Source of the DNA: Octopus bimaculoides
Taxonomy: Eukaryota
Length of the DNA stretch: 64,000 nt
NCBI RefSeq assembly: GCF_001194135.2
Contig: NC_068995.1
Location: forward strand, 50,495,610 to 50,559,609
Direction of reading: 5' to 3'
Positions 39,920-50,429 of this stretch are shown piece after piece; position 1 is the first letter of the stretch; the number at the start of each line of letters is the position of its first letter. The notes beneath the pieces are model-generated. The model had not been told where the DNA came from and made no database searches. It saw only the letters and a program-made list of their open reading frames with translations. Position numbers and translations under genes: made by a program.

Positions 39920-41630
39920 ACAAGTTTCCCTGCTCACACAAGAAATCAGTTTTCCAAAGACTGAGCAAAGGAAAGCAGAGATTACCATCATTGTTATTTT
40001 ATCAAGTTTTTCTAGACTGGTATGGGTTGGTTAAAGATTACTTGTGGCTTGATAGCTTTCCCGATACCAATCCTTGTTTGATAAGTAATATATTTTATTC
40101 CACTTGTGTTCAAATGTTAAACTGTCAAGCTTACAAGATAATATGGGGGACATGAACAAACATCACAGCTACCCAAACAGAGTCAATTTGAAGACAAAGT
40201 ATAGACACACACATACACACACACACAAAGATGGAAACATTACCATATATGATTACCTCCAACTAGATTAAGTAAGCAAAAATATTTAATTAATTAATTA
40301 ATATGAAAGTTCTATGCATTATTTTTCCTTACAATGTCTTAATTTCAAATTCAAATTTCTAATCCTGCCAAATATTATGAAGAAATAATGATCTCCCTTG
40401 TATTACCTACAACCACTGGTGGGAAACCCACACACACATGTTTTCAAATAGCTTCTGACCACCAAACTTCTTCACAATGCATTGGTCAGCTCAGAGTTAT
40501 AAAGTAGAAAACACTTGCTCAAGATCCCACGCTGTGGACTCAAACTTCTTAACCATATAACCACCTCTGCACCTTTTTAAAGACATTACCATGAAACGCT
40601 TGCTATTTAAAGTAATTACTATTCTGTACAGATTAACATTTAATAATTTCCTACACAGATATATGAAAACTCAAGAATTTAAAAGAGAGATAAGTGAGTG
40701 AGAGGCAGTGTGAAGTTGTGATGTTCATGTCCATTCCAAAAAAATATTGAATTGATGAAGCAAAGCAGCTCCAAGCAGGGATCAAAACTAAGCCATAAAT
40801 TCCAGTGCACCACACTGAGACATAACTGCACTGATGCACAGTTATGATTCCAGTGCACTGCACCAAGCTTTTAAACTGCACTGTAGTAGAAAAAGGAAAC
40901 AGCAGCTGATGCAAATGTTACTCCCTGATTTCAAATATCATATTTTACTTTATATCTTGAATCATAATTCAAGTGACTTTAGTCCTCTACTTGGGACAAT
41001 AAGGTGATCAGCATTCCGGCAGCACATGGTAAAGAAAACGGAAGTGGATTATGTAGTGGTGAATATGGTGGTGGGTGAGTAGGTGAATGTGTTGGCTAAT
41101 TTACATGCAGTTACTTTGATAGTAATATGCATTTCAGGTAAGAAGGAAAAAAAATATATACTAAATGGTTCTAAAGAACAGCTAGGAATGTCTTGTACAT
41201 CATCATCATTATCAGTTAACCTCCATTTTCCATGCTGGCATGTGTTGGATGGTCTGGCTAGAGCTGGCAAGCTAGAGAGCTGCACGAGGCTCCAGTCATG
41301 TGTTTTGACTTGGTTTCGACAGCTGGAAGCCTTTCCTAATGCCAACCACTTTACAGAGCATACTGGGTGCTTTTACCATGGCTCAAGAATGTTCCTTTCG
41401 TATTTATTATGGTTTAACTTTGTGATATTTAATGTGGAGTGTGAGTGGTCTTGCCCACATTGATAGAGATGATTTGGAGATCTCCGTACATGGAAACAGT
41501 GTGGGTGCTTTTTATGTGGCACCAGCACTGACAGGGTCAGATAAAAAACCCCTTCAGCTAGGAGAGCATTAACCAAGGTGCTTTAGTTCCACTAAGATGA
41601 CATTAAGAGAATGAATGTATGAATGAATTA

Positions 41631-41686
<56 letters not shown>

Positions 41687-44600
41687 NNNNNNNNNNNNNN
41701 NNNNNNNNNNNNNNNNNNNNNNNATATATATCCTGTGTGGTAAAGTTCCAACAAGTAGAATAACACTTGATCAGCAAAGAGTGTAAAGATACTGTTATAA
41801 TGAAAACCATGAGTCTTGCGAAATATATACTCAGGGTTTTTGGGTTGAAATTTTATTTTGCCATTTATCAAAGTGATAAAAACAACACCATTTGTCAGTT
41901 GCTTTAAAAGTATGTACTTCACAAGACATGTGGGTTTTCATTACAATATATGTATATAAAAATGCATGGAAAAGAAGAATGTTGTTGTTTGAAGCATTGT
42001 GAAATAAGAAAATAGAGTTTGATGGAAAGCTTCTTACAACGTGAAAGAATGTATATCTTAATCATTTATATTTCGGATAAGATTCTCATAAACAGAGTAA
42101 AATAGTTAAAGAAATACCAGTAGCTATCATTCATTGAATGATATACCTACACACATACAAACATACACTGCTCCTCAATGAGATACCAATGTAACAAATA
42201 TATTATTCCCAGAAAATGAGGGGACCAGACTGATTTTTGACAGAAGAAAGGAATTAAGAAGTGTTCTAAGCTCCACTGAAGTAGTGATTTTACAACCTAG
42301 AATGGATTTGAATCTGGTATTTATGAGTCAGTAGTTGAATGACCGATCCATGTAGCCATGTTACCTCTACAAACTAAATAGTGCAAATGGACAAGGAAGC
42401 TTGAATCTACAGGTTGCTCAACATGTTGGAAATAATTGTCAAATTTCCTTCAAATCGCATTCTACATTTCAGTCAAGTTGGGAATGCTTTCAGTCGTAGT
42501 CTGTTCAATTGAGTCTAACCTGGGCTAAACGACAACCTTTAAATGAAGATGGTTCTGAGATGAAGCAGTAGAAACTCTCAGAAACAAACACAAATGTATT
42601 GGTATTGTGGAGATGTAATGCAATCAAACATAAAACACGACGCCAACTATCAAGAATCTCTCTCTTTCTCTCTCTCTCTGAAACAAAAAGGTAGATAACT
42701 CATTGTAATGAAGCCAACATGAGGAACCCGAAAAGTGTTACTCGATTTGCTAAAAATAGCAGCTAAATCTCCCTTAACTTGCACTCCACCATTTTTTTAA
42801 AAATGGGTAGAAACACTGGACAGTGTAGTCTTCTATATCAATGGACGGGATGGTCACAACTGGAATATCTTTGATCATCGATCTTCATACACAAGGTTGA
42901 CCTGGGGGGTTGGGGTGGATTAAAGAACGACAGCTGTCATGGTAGAAAAGAATGTAAAGACACCTGGCTCAACTAAATGCGGAATATTCAGGGGAGAGAA
43001 CTGTGCAGTTACAGTAAAGCTAGATCTTGTTTGTAGTGGTAGAACATTCTAGATAACTGACAGAGGACTACTAACTATGAACAGAGAAAAAACTGACACT
43101 GAATATAACACAACCCCTACTTCTTGGACCCCCAAATCAATAATTTATTTTATCCCCTTATACTTTTTTTTTTTTTTACTCTGCTACCTACCCATGTTGA
43201 AACTGATGTTTGCTATTAAATCTCTCTACACACATAAATACAGTAAAGTTCTTAATTAAGCAGAATGTTTAAAGTACTGAAGACCTATTCTGTGACTGCT
43301 TAGGGATAAAGCAGCTTCAGAAGAAAGCAGTTTTAGAGAAAGGAAAACTAGTATGTGGTTTTTAAAGAGTGCTGATGGAAGTATAGCATGTTAAAGAAGA
43401 GAGGGTGGTGCTGTATGAAGTTTGTGTAGAATTGGGAATGAATCTGACAAATCTAGGGAAGCAGAAACTATAATAAACGATCTTATGCTTAGGCTTGAAG
43501 CCTGAGATGAATAATGGTAGGAAAATGAGAATTTGTGACATCCAGGTAGTTTACTAGGAGGTGTTAACAATCAAAGTGAAACAGACACAGTTGGAAATCA
43601 AATCAACTTCAACACTGAATAAATTTGCTGGGAGCTTGTAATTGCATCACAGCATCTAATACAGTTATTTTAATTATAACAGAAGAGATGAAGAGTGAAA
43701 ATAGAACGTTTAAAAAACAAAAAAAGTGTCACAAGCCAAAAGTTGTTGATGAGAGAAGATTTACTAAGCAAGTAATTTCTTTTCTCTAAAAGCAATTCAG
43801 ATTGCAGGAGGATAAAGAAAGTGAGTCTACAAACTTCAAATACTGGAGAACTTTGGAAATTTAATCTGAATTTCCAATTGAAACAAAACCAGTTATAGAG
43901 AACTATTCCGACTGCTGTTTCTCACTTCACATTTCTTTTTAAAGGATTATCAATAATTCAGAAGGATAAGCTCTGTACAATAACCTTTAAATACCTTGGT
44001 AAGTTTATAAGGAAATGGCAAAAAGAAGAAGAATCAAAGAGAAAGTAAACTCTAGCATTGGGATCGACTTTCAGAGAAAAAGCTGTGTTTAAATAAAACA
44101 ATCACAATGTTTTTTTTTTGTTTTGTTTTTTTTTTTAATATGCCAATTTGAATTTTTATGATGAGCAGAATTAATCTATGATGAACAGAAATTAATCCAT
44201 TAAATACCACATGATCTAAATTTATTAATAATTTACACATTCATTAACACAAAACGTCCATAGAAACTCTATGTAACACCGATTGCTAAATTGTTATATT
44301 CCAAACGTTTGTTATGCCAAATAAGGAAAAGAGATAGTGATACTTTTATGAAAAAAAAAAAATTAATTGAAACAACTACACAATTTATTCCTGCAATAAA
44401 TGGCCAATATAAAAGATTAAAAGTATTGGCAATTTAACATTTGCAAGAAAACTATCCAGTAAAGGGTGAAGTAAATTTCATTTGGAAATAAGCAAAAATA
44501 CAGTGTATATGTAGAAGTCTGCAATATATGCTCTTAATATGTAATATTTAAATGTGGAATGGTTAAATCAAGTGAGCTGAAAAACAAAATCCTTTATTTG

Positions 44601-44884
44601 TCTTTAAAATTTCAACAATAAACATCAAATATTTAAGGGAAAAATGAAAAAAAAAAAAAAACTGATTGTAAGAAAGTTGTGGGATTTTCAAGATGATATG
44701 AACAATTAGATGTAAGACTACATATACAGATTTTAAAATTTTAACTTTTCAGTTTTTCTGATCTTAGCTTAGTTTATGGCCATAGCTTTGATTAACCAAG
44801 TAACAAACTTCATGGAAACTTACCACAGAAATAATTGCATTTTAAATAATTACCATTTTATAGTAATTAATAATTACATTTTAA

Positions 44885-45080
44885 TCTTTAACATTTCAAC
44901 TGGCCACATTTGGCCAAAATATTCTACCAGTTTTATGTTCACACCTACCCCACAATGTCATTTTAAAAGTAAACAATCACATCATTGAAATCTCAAAGCT
45001 ATGAGATAATCCATGATTAATAGAAAACAATATGAGTGAATAAGCATTACATTTGACAGATTAATCTGAATGCTAAAGGG
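44885..45080. mobile_element. TTAA-flanked MITE family 1, copy 3
   Basis: TTAA at 44881 and 45081, ends aatgctaaaggg. Confidence 0.75.
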
Positions 45081-45315
45081 TTAAATTATCATTAAATTAT
45101 TATTAGTTTTCTTCTCCTTCAACAGATTTCTCCAAATTTAATTATACACCCATCACCACTACCAAATACTAGTCACATTACTTCTGACGTGTCAAATAAA
45201 TATCAAACTAAACACATATGTTATATGTTGAAACTCAAGAAAACCAAAAAATATTTTATATGCTGAAATAATGTCATCCTAGAGAGATTACTATTTTCTT
45301 TTTAGAACTAAAGGT

Positions 45316-45750
45316 AGGCCCAGGTGTGGCTGGCTATGTGGTAAGAAGTTTACATACCAGCCACATGGTTCTAGGTTCAGTCCCACCATGTGGCACTGCT
45401 ACTATTAGCCTGCGTTGTTGTGAATTTGTTAGACAGAAACTAAAAGAAGCCTATCGTGTGTGTGTGTGTGTGTGTGTATGCATATGTGTGTAAATGTGTG
45501 TGTTTATGTTTCCCTGTCATGACATCACATGTGGCAGTAAACGAGTGTCACTGTCATATAAGCAGTGTCGTTCATTACCTTTTTATCGCTGTGATAAAAA
45601 GCCTAGTCAGGTAGTAATAATATTACCTCATTGGGAAACAAGTGATGGTTTACAACAATAAGGGCATCCGGTTGTGGAAAATCTGCCTCAGTAAACTTCG
45701 TCTGATCCATGCAAGCATGGAAAAACGAACATCTCAATGAAATGATGATT
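45316..45750 (+). mobile_element. SINE with family-A head and RTE-derived tail
   Basis: Head as family A. Tail ...aagggcatccggttgtggaaaatctgcctc...ccatgcaagcatggaaaa...atgatgat. Confidence 0.7.
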
Positions 45751-46114
45751 AGGAACTGAAGTCCTTGTTATGTCTCATTTAACATAAACCAATTCTTCAT
45801 TATATTTTTAACTCTTTAAGCCCCAACCATAATGGTATCTTGTAAGTTTTTAGATCTTAAGTGGTTGAAGGAAGAATGAAATGGATTATACAATATAACT
45901 GATGAAGCTGATCATACAATCTATAACCGTTACTCAACCTCAGAACCTGCATTTATTGATAAACAGGCTACCTTAGGCCTTCTAAATGGACTATGGTCTT
46001 ATATTTTCTACTCTGGTTAGTGATTACAGCCCATACATCACACTAAACTTTGACTTTTAATCAGAAATAATGAATTCTATCACACGGATTTTGTTTTTGA
46101 AATTATATCTCCTT

Positions 46115-46119
46115 GTTGC

Positions 46120-46152
<33 letters not shown>

Positions 46153-46615
46153 CATTGTTGTTGTAGTAGTTATTATTAAGGCGGTGAGTTGGCACAATCG
46201 TCAGCATGCCAGGCAGAATGCTTTGTGGCATTTCATCCGTCTACACGTTCTGAGTTCAAATCCTGCCAAGGTCAACTTTACCTTTCATCCTTTTGGGGGG
46301 GTCGATAAATTAAGTACCAGTGAAACAGTGGGGTTGATCTAATCGACTAGCCTCCTCCCCCCAAATTTCAGGCCTTGTGCCTTTAGTAGAAAGGATTATT
46401 ACTATTATCATCATCATTGTTATTAAAATTATTATTATTGTATTTATTATTACATTGATTATTATATCTATATTATATTTATTATAATTATTATATGTAT
46501 TATTAAATTATTATTACAACTACTAGTACTATCATTATTATTTATATTATAAATTATTACTACAGCTACTACTATTATTATTATTATTATTATTATTATT
46601 ATCATCATTATTGAC
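46115..46615. repeat. Imperfect (TAT)n/(TAA)n region interrupted by a SINE
   Basis: Direct inspection. Confidence 0.9.
46178..46400 (+). mobile_element. SINE family B copy embedded in (TAT)n
   Basis: Head aaggcggtgagttggc..., core gcctttcatcc...aagtaccag, tail gtagaaaggattatt. Confidence 0.8.
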
Positions 46616-47552
46616 ATTAGGAAGGGCATCCAACCATAGAAACCATGCCAAAGCAGGACACTGGAACACGATGCAGTCCTTGGACGCATTGGATCCTGTC
46701 AAACTGTCCGACCCATGGCAGCATGAAATATGAACATTAAAGGACGATTATGATCCTCATGACAGTTCATTTAACATCTACTTTTCCATTGTTTGCATAG
46801 ATCAGATGGATTTTGTTGGAGCAGATTTTCTACAGTCAGATGCTCTTCCTGTTGCCAACCCTCACCTGTTTCCAAGCAAGGCGATATATCCTGCAACCAG
46901 AGAGGTTTTCCACAGATGACTAGAAACAAACAACATCATTTGTTAGATGGTGATGCTCTTTTACTATCATAGAATGATATCATGACAATGGTAAACTCAC
47001 ACACACACACACACGCATGTATATTCTTTTACTTTTTTGTATTCAATTATTTTTTTCCTTCAATCTTTGAAAATAAATATTTCCTAATCTTATTTTAGAA
47101 GAGAAGAAGGAAATTCCATGTGACATGGGGTTTAAGCAGTTAACACAACCTGGAATTTATAAGTAGTACTTGTAGTATTTTAAAAGAATCTGGCAGAAGT
47201 AAAAAACAACATATTTAAAAGGAAAATAAAATCAAACAACTGAATCACAACAGCAAAAACTGTCATTCAATTTAGAGTACCATTCTAATAAGTACTCTGA
47301 TTTCTTTACCTAAAGAGTACAGAACCACTTAGATGGGTGATGTCTCTGTATGCCAGAGAACCTCCCAAAACAAGACACCAATATCCAAGCATTATCTAAG
47401 CCTAATTAGATTACTCATGAAGAAAACCAAGCAATACCAATGCAAGTGATTCCCACAAGCAAGGAATCCACAAATATTTTCCACTTTATAAGAATGACAA
47501 GACTAAGATATAAACTTTAATGGTCGCTGTGACATCTACGTCTGCCATTTAA

Positions 47553-47775
47553 CTGTATTGATACCGACTTGTCTAAGACTGATCCTGTTCTATAACAGAA
47601 ACTTCATGTTTAAAGTGATCTAAATTAAAACGTCCCACCAAAATTTCCATGTTAATTTGTATTCCAAGTGTTAGTTTAATAATAGCAAAGTTATTTTTCC
47701 TAAATTCCTCATTATTTTCAAAATTAATTAAAACAAAAAGTAATGTATTTTAACAGAAATATGGTAACAAATGGG
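47553..47775. mobile_element. TTAA-flanked MITE family 2, copy 2
   Basis: TTAA at 47549 and 47776. Internal and right-end similarity to 33373-33543. Confidence 0.7.
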
Positions 47776-48008
47776 TTAATGAGTCATGTCACCTGTGTGT
47801 CTACAGCTGAAAGCCCCAGTTTAACAAGTGTTGGGATTTCTATACCCAATATTCAAAGGCACCATTTCATAAAGATTGTAAAGTTGCTATAGCAAAAGAA
47901 GTCTTCATAAAATTCTACAAGTCAAAACAATTTTGGAAAGGTAAAAATTTTTATCTGCTTTAGACAAAAAAACATGGAAACCCTTAAGAGAAAATGAAAA
48001 ACGCTTAC

Positions 48009-48186
48009 CAAGACCTTCGCCCCGCAAAGCTTTTTCAACAATAACGCCTCTGTCTTCCAATTCTTTCTGTTGCACATCTACTTCTTCTAACCGCCGTTGT
48101 ATTTCCTGAGCCCTGCGCAGTCTTTGCTGTTGCTGGCGCTTCTGTTGTTTCCGAGCAGCTTGCTGGATCTTTTTCGGATCGCTCAA
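48009..48186 (-). CDS. MICAL: MICAL exon, start of bMERB coiled coil: LSDPKKIQQAARKQQKRQQQQRLRRAQEIQRRLEEVDVQQKELEDRGVIVEKALRGEGL
   Basis: Acceptor cttttccag|TTG, donor G|gtaagc. 178 nt. RAQEIQRRLEE...RGVIVEKALRGE is the bMERB helix-1 signature. Confidence 0.95.
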
Positions 48187-48345
48187 CTGGAAAAGTAGAT
48201 TTAAAAATTTTTTCTTTATAATTATTTTACACAAGTTTGTTGGAAGAAAGTTACCTTAGCCGACAAAGGCAGCAAAAAGACAAAAAAACAACAACAACAA
48301 TAATCCAAACAGAATTCAACAAAGAAAGTAAGATTTTGTCCTTAC

Positions 48346-48410
48346 TTTTGATCTTCTTGATACTGATGTATCAGTTGATAAAAAGCTTTCTCCAGAATCC
48401 GAGAACTCAT
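48346..48410 (-). CDS. MICAL: MICAL small coding exon: DEFSDSGESFLSTDTSVSRRSK
   Basis: Acceptor aacttttcag|AT, donor AAA|gtaagg. 65 nt, converts phase 1 to phase 0 exactly as needed to join the next exon. Not in the ORF track. Confidence 0.85.
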
Positions 48411-49004
48411 CTGAAAAGTTTCCATAAAATAAAGACAAAAAATAAAAAATGAATTATCTGAGAAATGCTTAATGTCAGTTAGGTATTGACCAATTTCCAA
48501 TATAAACACAATCTCAAAGACTATATTCTTAGCTGCAAGACATTGGAGAAACTTAGAGTAATATTATCAGTTAAGAGAAAATTCACTTCTTTGATGCATA
48601 TGCGTGTCATGTCTATATTTTTATGCATTTGTGTGTTTGTGTGTGTAGCATGTACAAATCTATTGAAGGAGGAGGGATAGCAGTGGTGTAAGAGATACTG
48701 TCTGCATTAGCATTTGATCTGTAGATGCGTGTATGTGTGCATGAGTAAACAGTTAAAGTTGTGTGAATAGTAACGAGGCTTTGACTACTCTGTGTGTGTG
48801 TGTGCATGCATATGTGTATACCTATCCCAAAGGCTTATATTTAGTATACATATGAGTGAAAGAAAAGACGTGAGGATGTGTATGTATGTAGATACCTAAA
48901 TGATGTAAACCTAAAAACAAACAGCAATGCTTCAGCAATTTTTATTATTCTTTCAAGAAATATTAACATTTCTACTTTACTGTGAGGTTTTCTATTTCTA
49001 TATA

Positions 49005-49066
<62 letters not shown>

Positions 49067-49073
49067 CATATAT

Positions 49074-49420
49074 AGGTAGAGGACGTCATAAAACATAAAC
49101 AACATGAAATATGAAAACATGGAATATGAACTTTTTTGTGAATAATGAAAGAAACAAATGGAAAACAAGACAAGTAACATAAAGAACGACCCGTCATCAG
49201 TTGTCAGCTGTTTATCTACTCCACATTTCAAGCAATTATGACAAGATGTGTCTTCAGGATAACAGTTGCTCCCAAAAAGCAAAATAAAATTAGGGATTTG
49301 CGGAGGGTCAAAGTTGGTAACAAAAACAGGACAGCGTAAATAAACAGTAAGGGCTGCTCAGCCATAACGAGGTGAGGTGGCAAATGCTGGAGAAACAAGC
49401 TTTGACAGGAGAAAAGATAG
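49074..49420 (-). mobile_element. Putative Penelope-like pLTR ending in (TA)n, with a second shorter copy at 49803-49891
   Basis: About 80-bp direct repeat (ggacgtcataaaac...atgaaagaa) occurs twice, each abutting a TA tract. The long copy contains the 49208-49265 hammerhead motif. Confidence 0.45.
49208..49265 (-). ncRNA. Degenerate type I hammerhead motif on the MICAL sense strand
   Basis: ctgttatc-CTGAAGA(49257-51)-21 nt-GAAA(49229-26)-tgtggag-TA-gataaacag. Stem I is 8 bp with one bulge; stem II is poorly paired. Confidence 0.45.
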
Positions 49421-49899
49421 GAGAGGAGACAGACAAGAATGCATATGATCTGTGTGGCAGATCAAAAGGAAGGAAAGAAGCTCAAGTTAGGAAAAGAAAG
49501 ATGGCCAATGGTCACGTGTGAGCAACAAGAGAGTAAAGGAGGAAGAGTGAGAAAGAGAGAGGGACAGACAGAGAATGGTGAAGGGGAGAGGAAAAGAATT
49601 AGAGAAAGGAAGAGAGGGGAAACGAAGGGGGAGAGAGAGAACAGTACAGGGAGTTGCATCAAAATCATTAAGATAAACTTACTTGGAAATGGATGCATGG
49701 CTTCAATCATATAATATAAATAATATATATATATATACATACATGCATATATACATACATATATGTACATACTTACATATGCATGTATATACAGATGCAT
49801 ATATGGGTACAGGACGTCATAAAACGTAAACAACATGAAATATGAACTACGAAAACATGGAATACAAACTTTTTTTGCGAACAATGAAAGAATCTTTTA

Positions 49900-50130
49900 T
49901 CTTTTACTTGTGTCAGTCATTAAAATGCAGCCAAGCTGGAGCACCACATTGAAGAATTTTAGTTCAATGAATCAACCTCAGCACTTATATTTTCTTTTTT
50001 TTTTAATCCTGGAACTTTATCTATTGGTCTCTTTTGCCAAATCACTTATCTACAGAGATATAAACACACCACCACTGGTGACAAGCAGTGGTGAGGGCCA
50101 AATATACACACATACACATATGACAAGCTT
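49900..50130 (-). mobile_element. SINE family A, 3' half
   Basis: Tail homology (cagtcatt...gctggagcaccac...ctattggtctcttttgcc). Confidence 0.7.
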
Positions 50131-50134
50131 TTTT

Positions 50135-50271
50135 CAAGGGAGCCTGAATGTGGTGGTTCACTGCTAGAAATAGCAATCAAATTTCCCTCAAACCATATCC
50201 TACTATTTTAAAAAATACATAGGAAAGACACAGTAAATAATGTAGACTTAGAGTCATCATATCTGGGAAGG

Positions 50272-50317
<46 letters not shown>

Positions 50318-50372
50318 AAGATGAGATGGTCATCGTAGGAAAACCATTGTTCAGAGCTAAACAACAACAACA
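50135..50372 (+). mobile_element. Interspersed repeat family D (ctgctagaaatagc...gatggtca...(AAC)n), here with an internal run of about 38 A
   Basis: Homologous copies at 31160-31330, 37425-37630, 42410-42540 and 42735-42930 (+), and at 10020-10095 and 63855-63905 (-). Confidence 0.65.
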
Positions 50373-50429
50373 CCAAAATACCAAATACTCACAAAAATAA
50401 AAACAAAAAAAAATCTCTAAACTTCTTAC

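Noticed and set aside
48250-48262. Polypyrimidine tract followed by AG|GTAAC, resembling a recursive splice site or microexon
   Set aside because: It lies in a 159-nt intron, has no upstream AG to define a microexon, and use as an acceptor or donor gives in-frame stops.
50389-50429. ORF read-through GKKFRDFFLFLFL* past the giant-exon donor as the true protein end
   Set aside because: A strong GTAAGA donor and in-phase downstream bMERB exons explain the structure. Intronic termination cannot be excluded but has no positive evidence.
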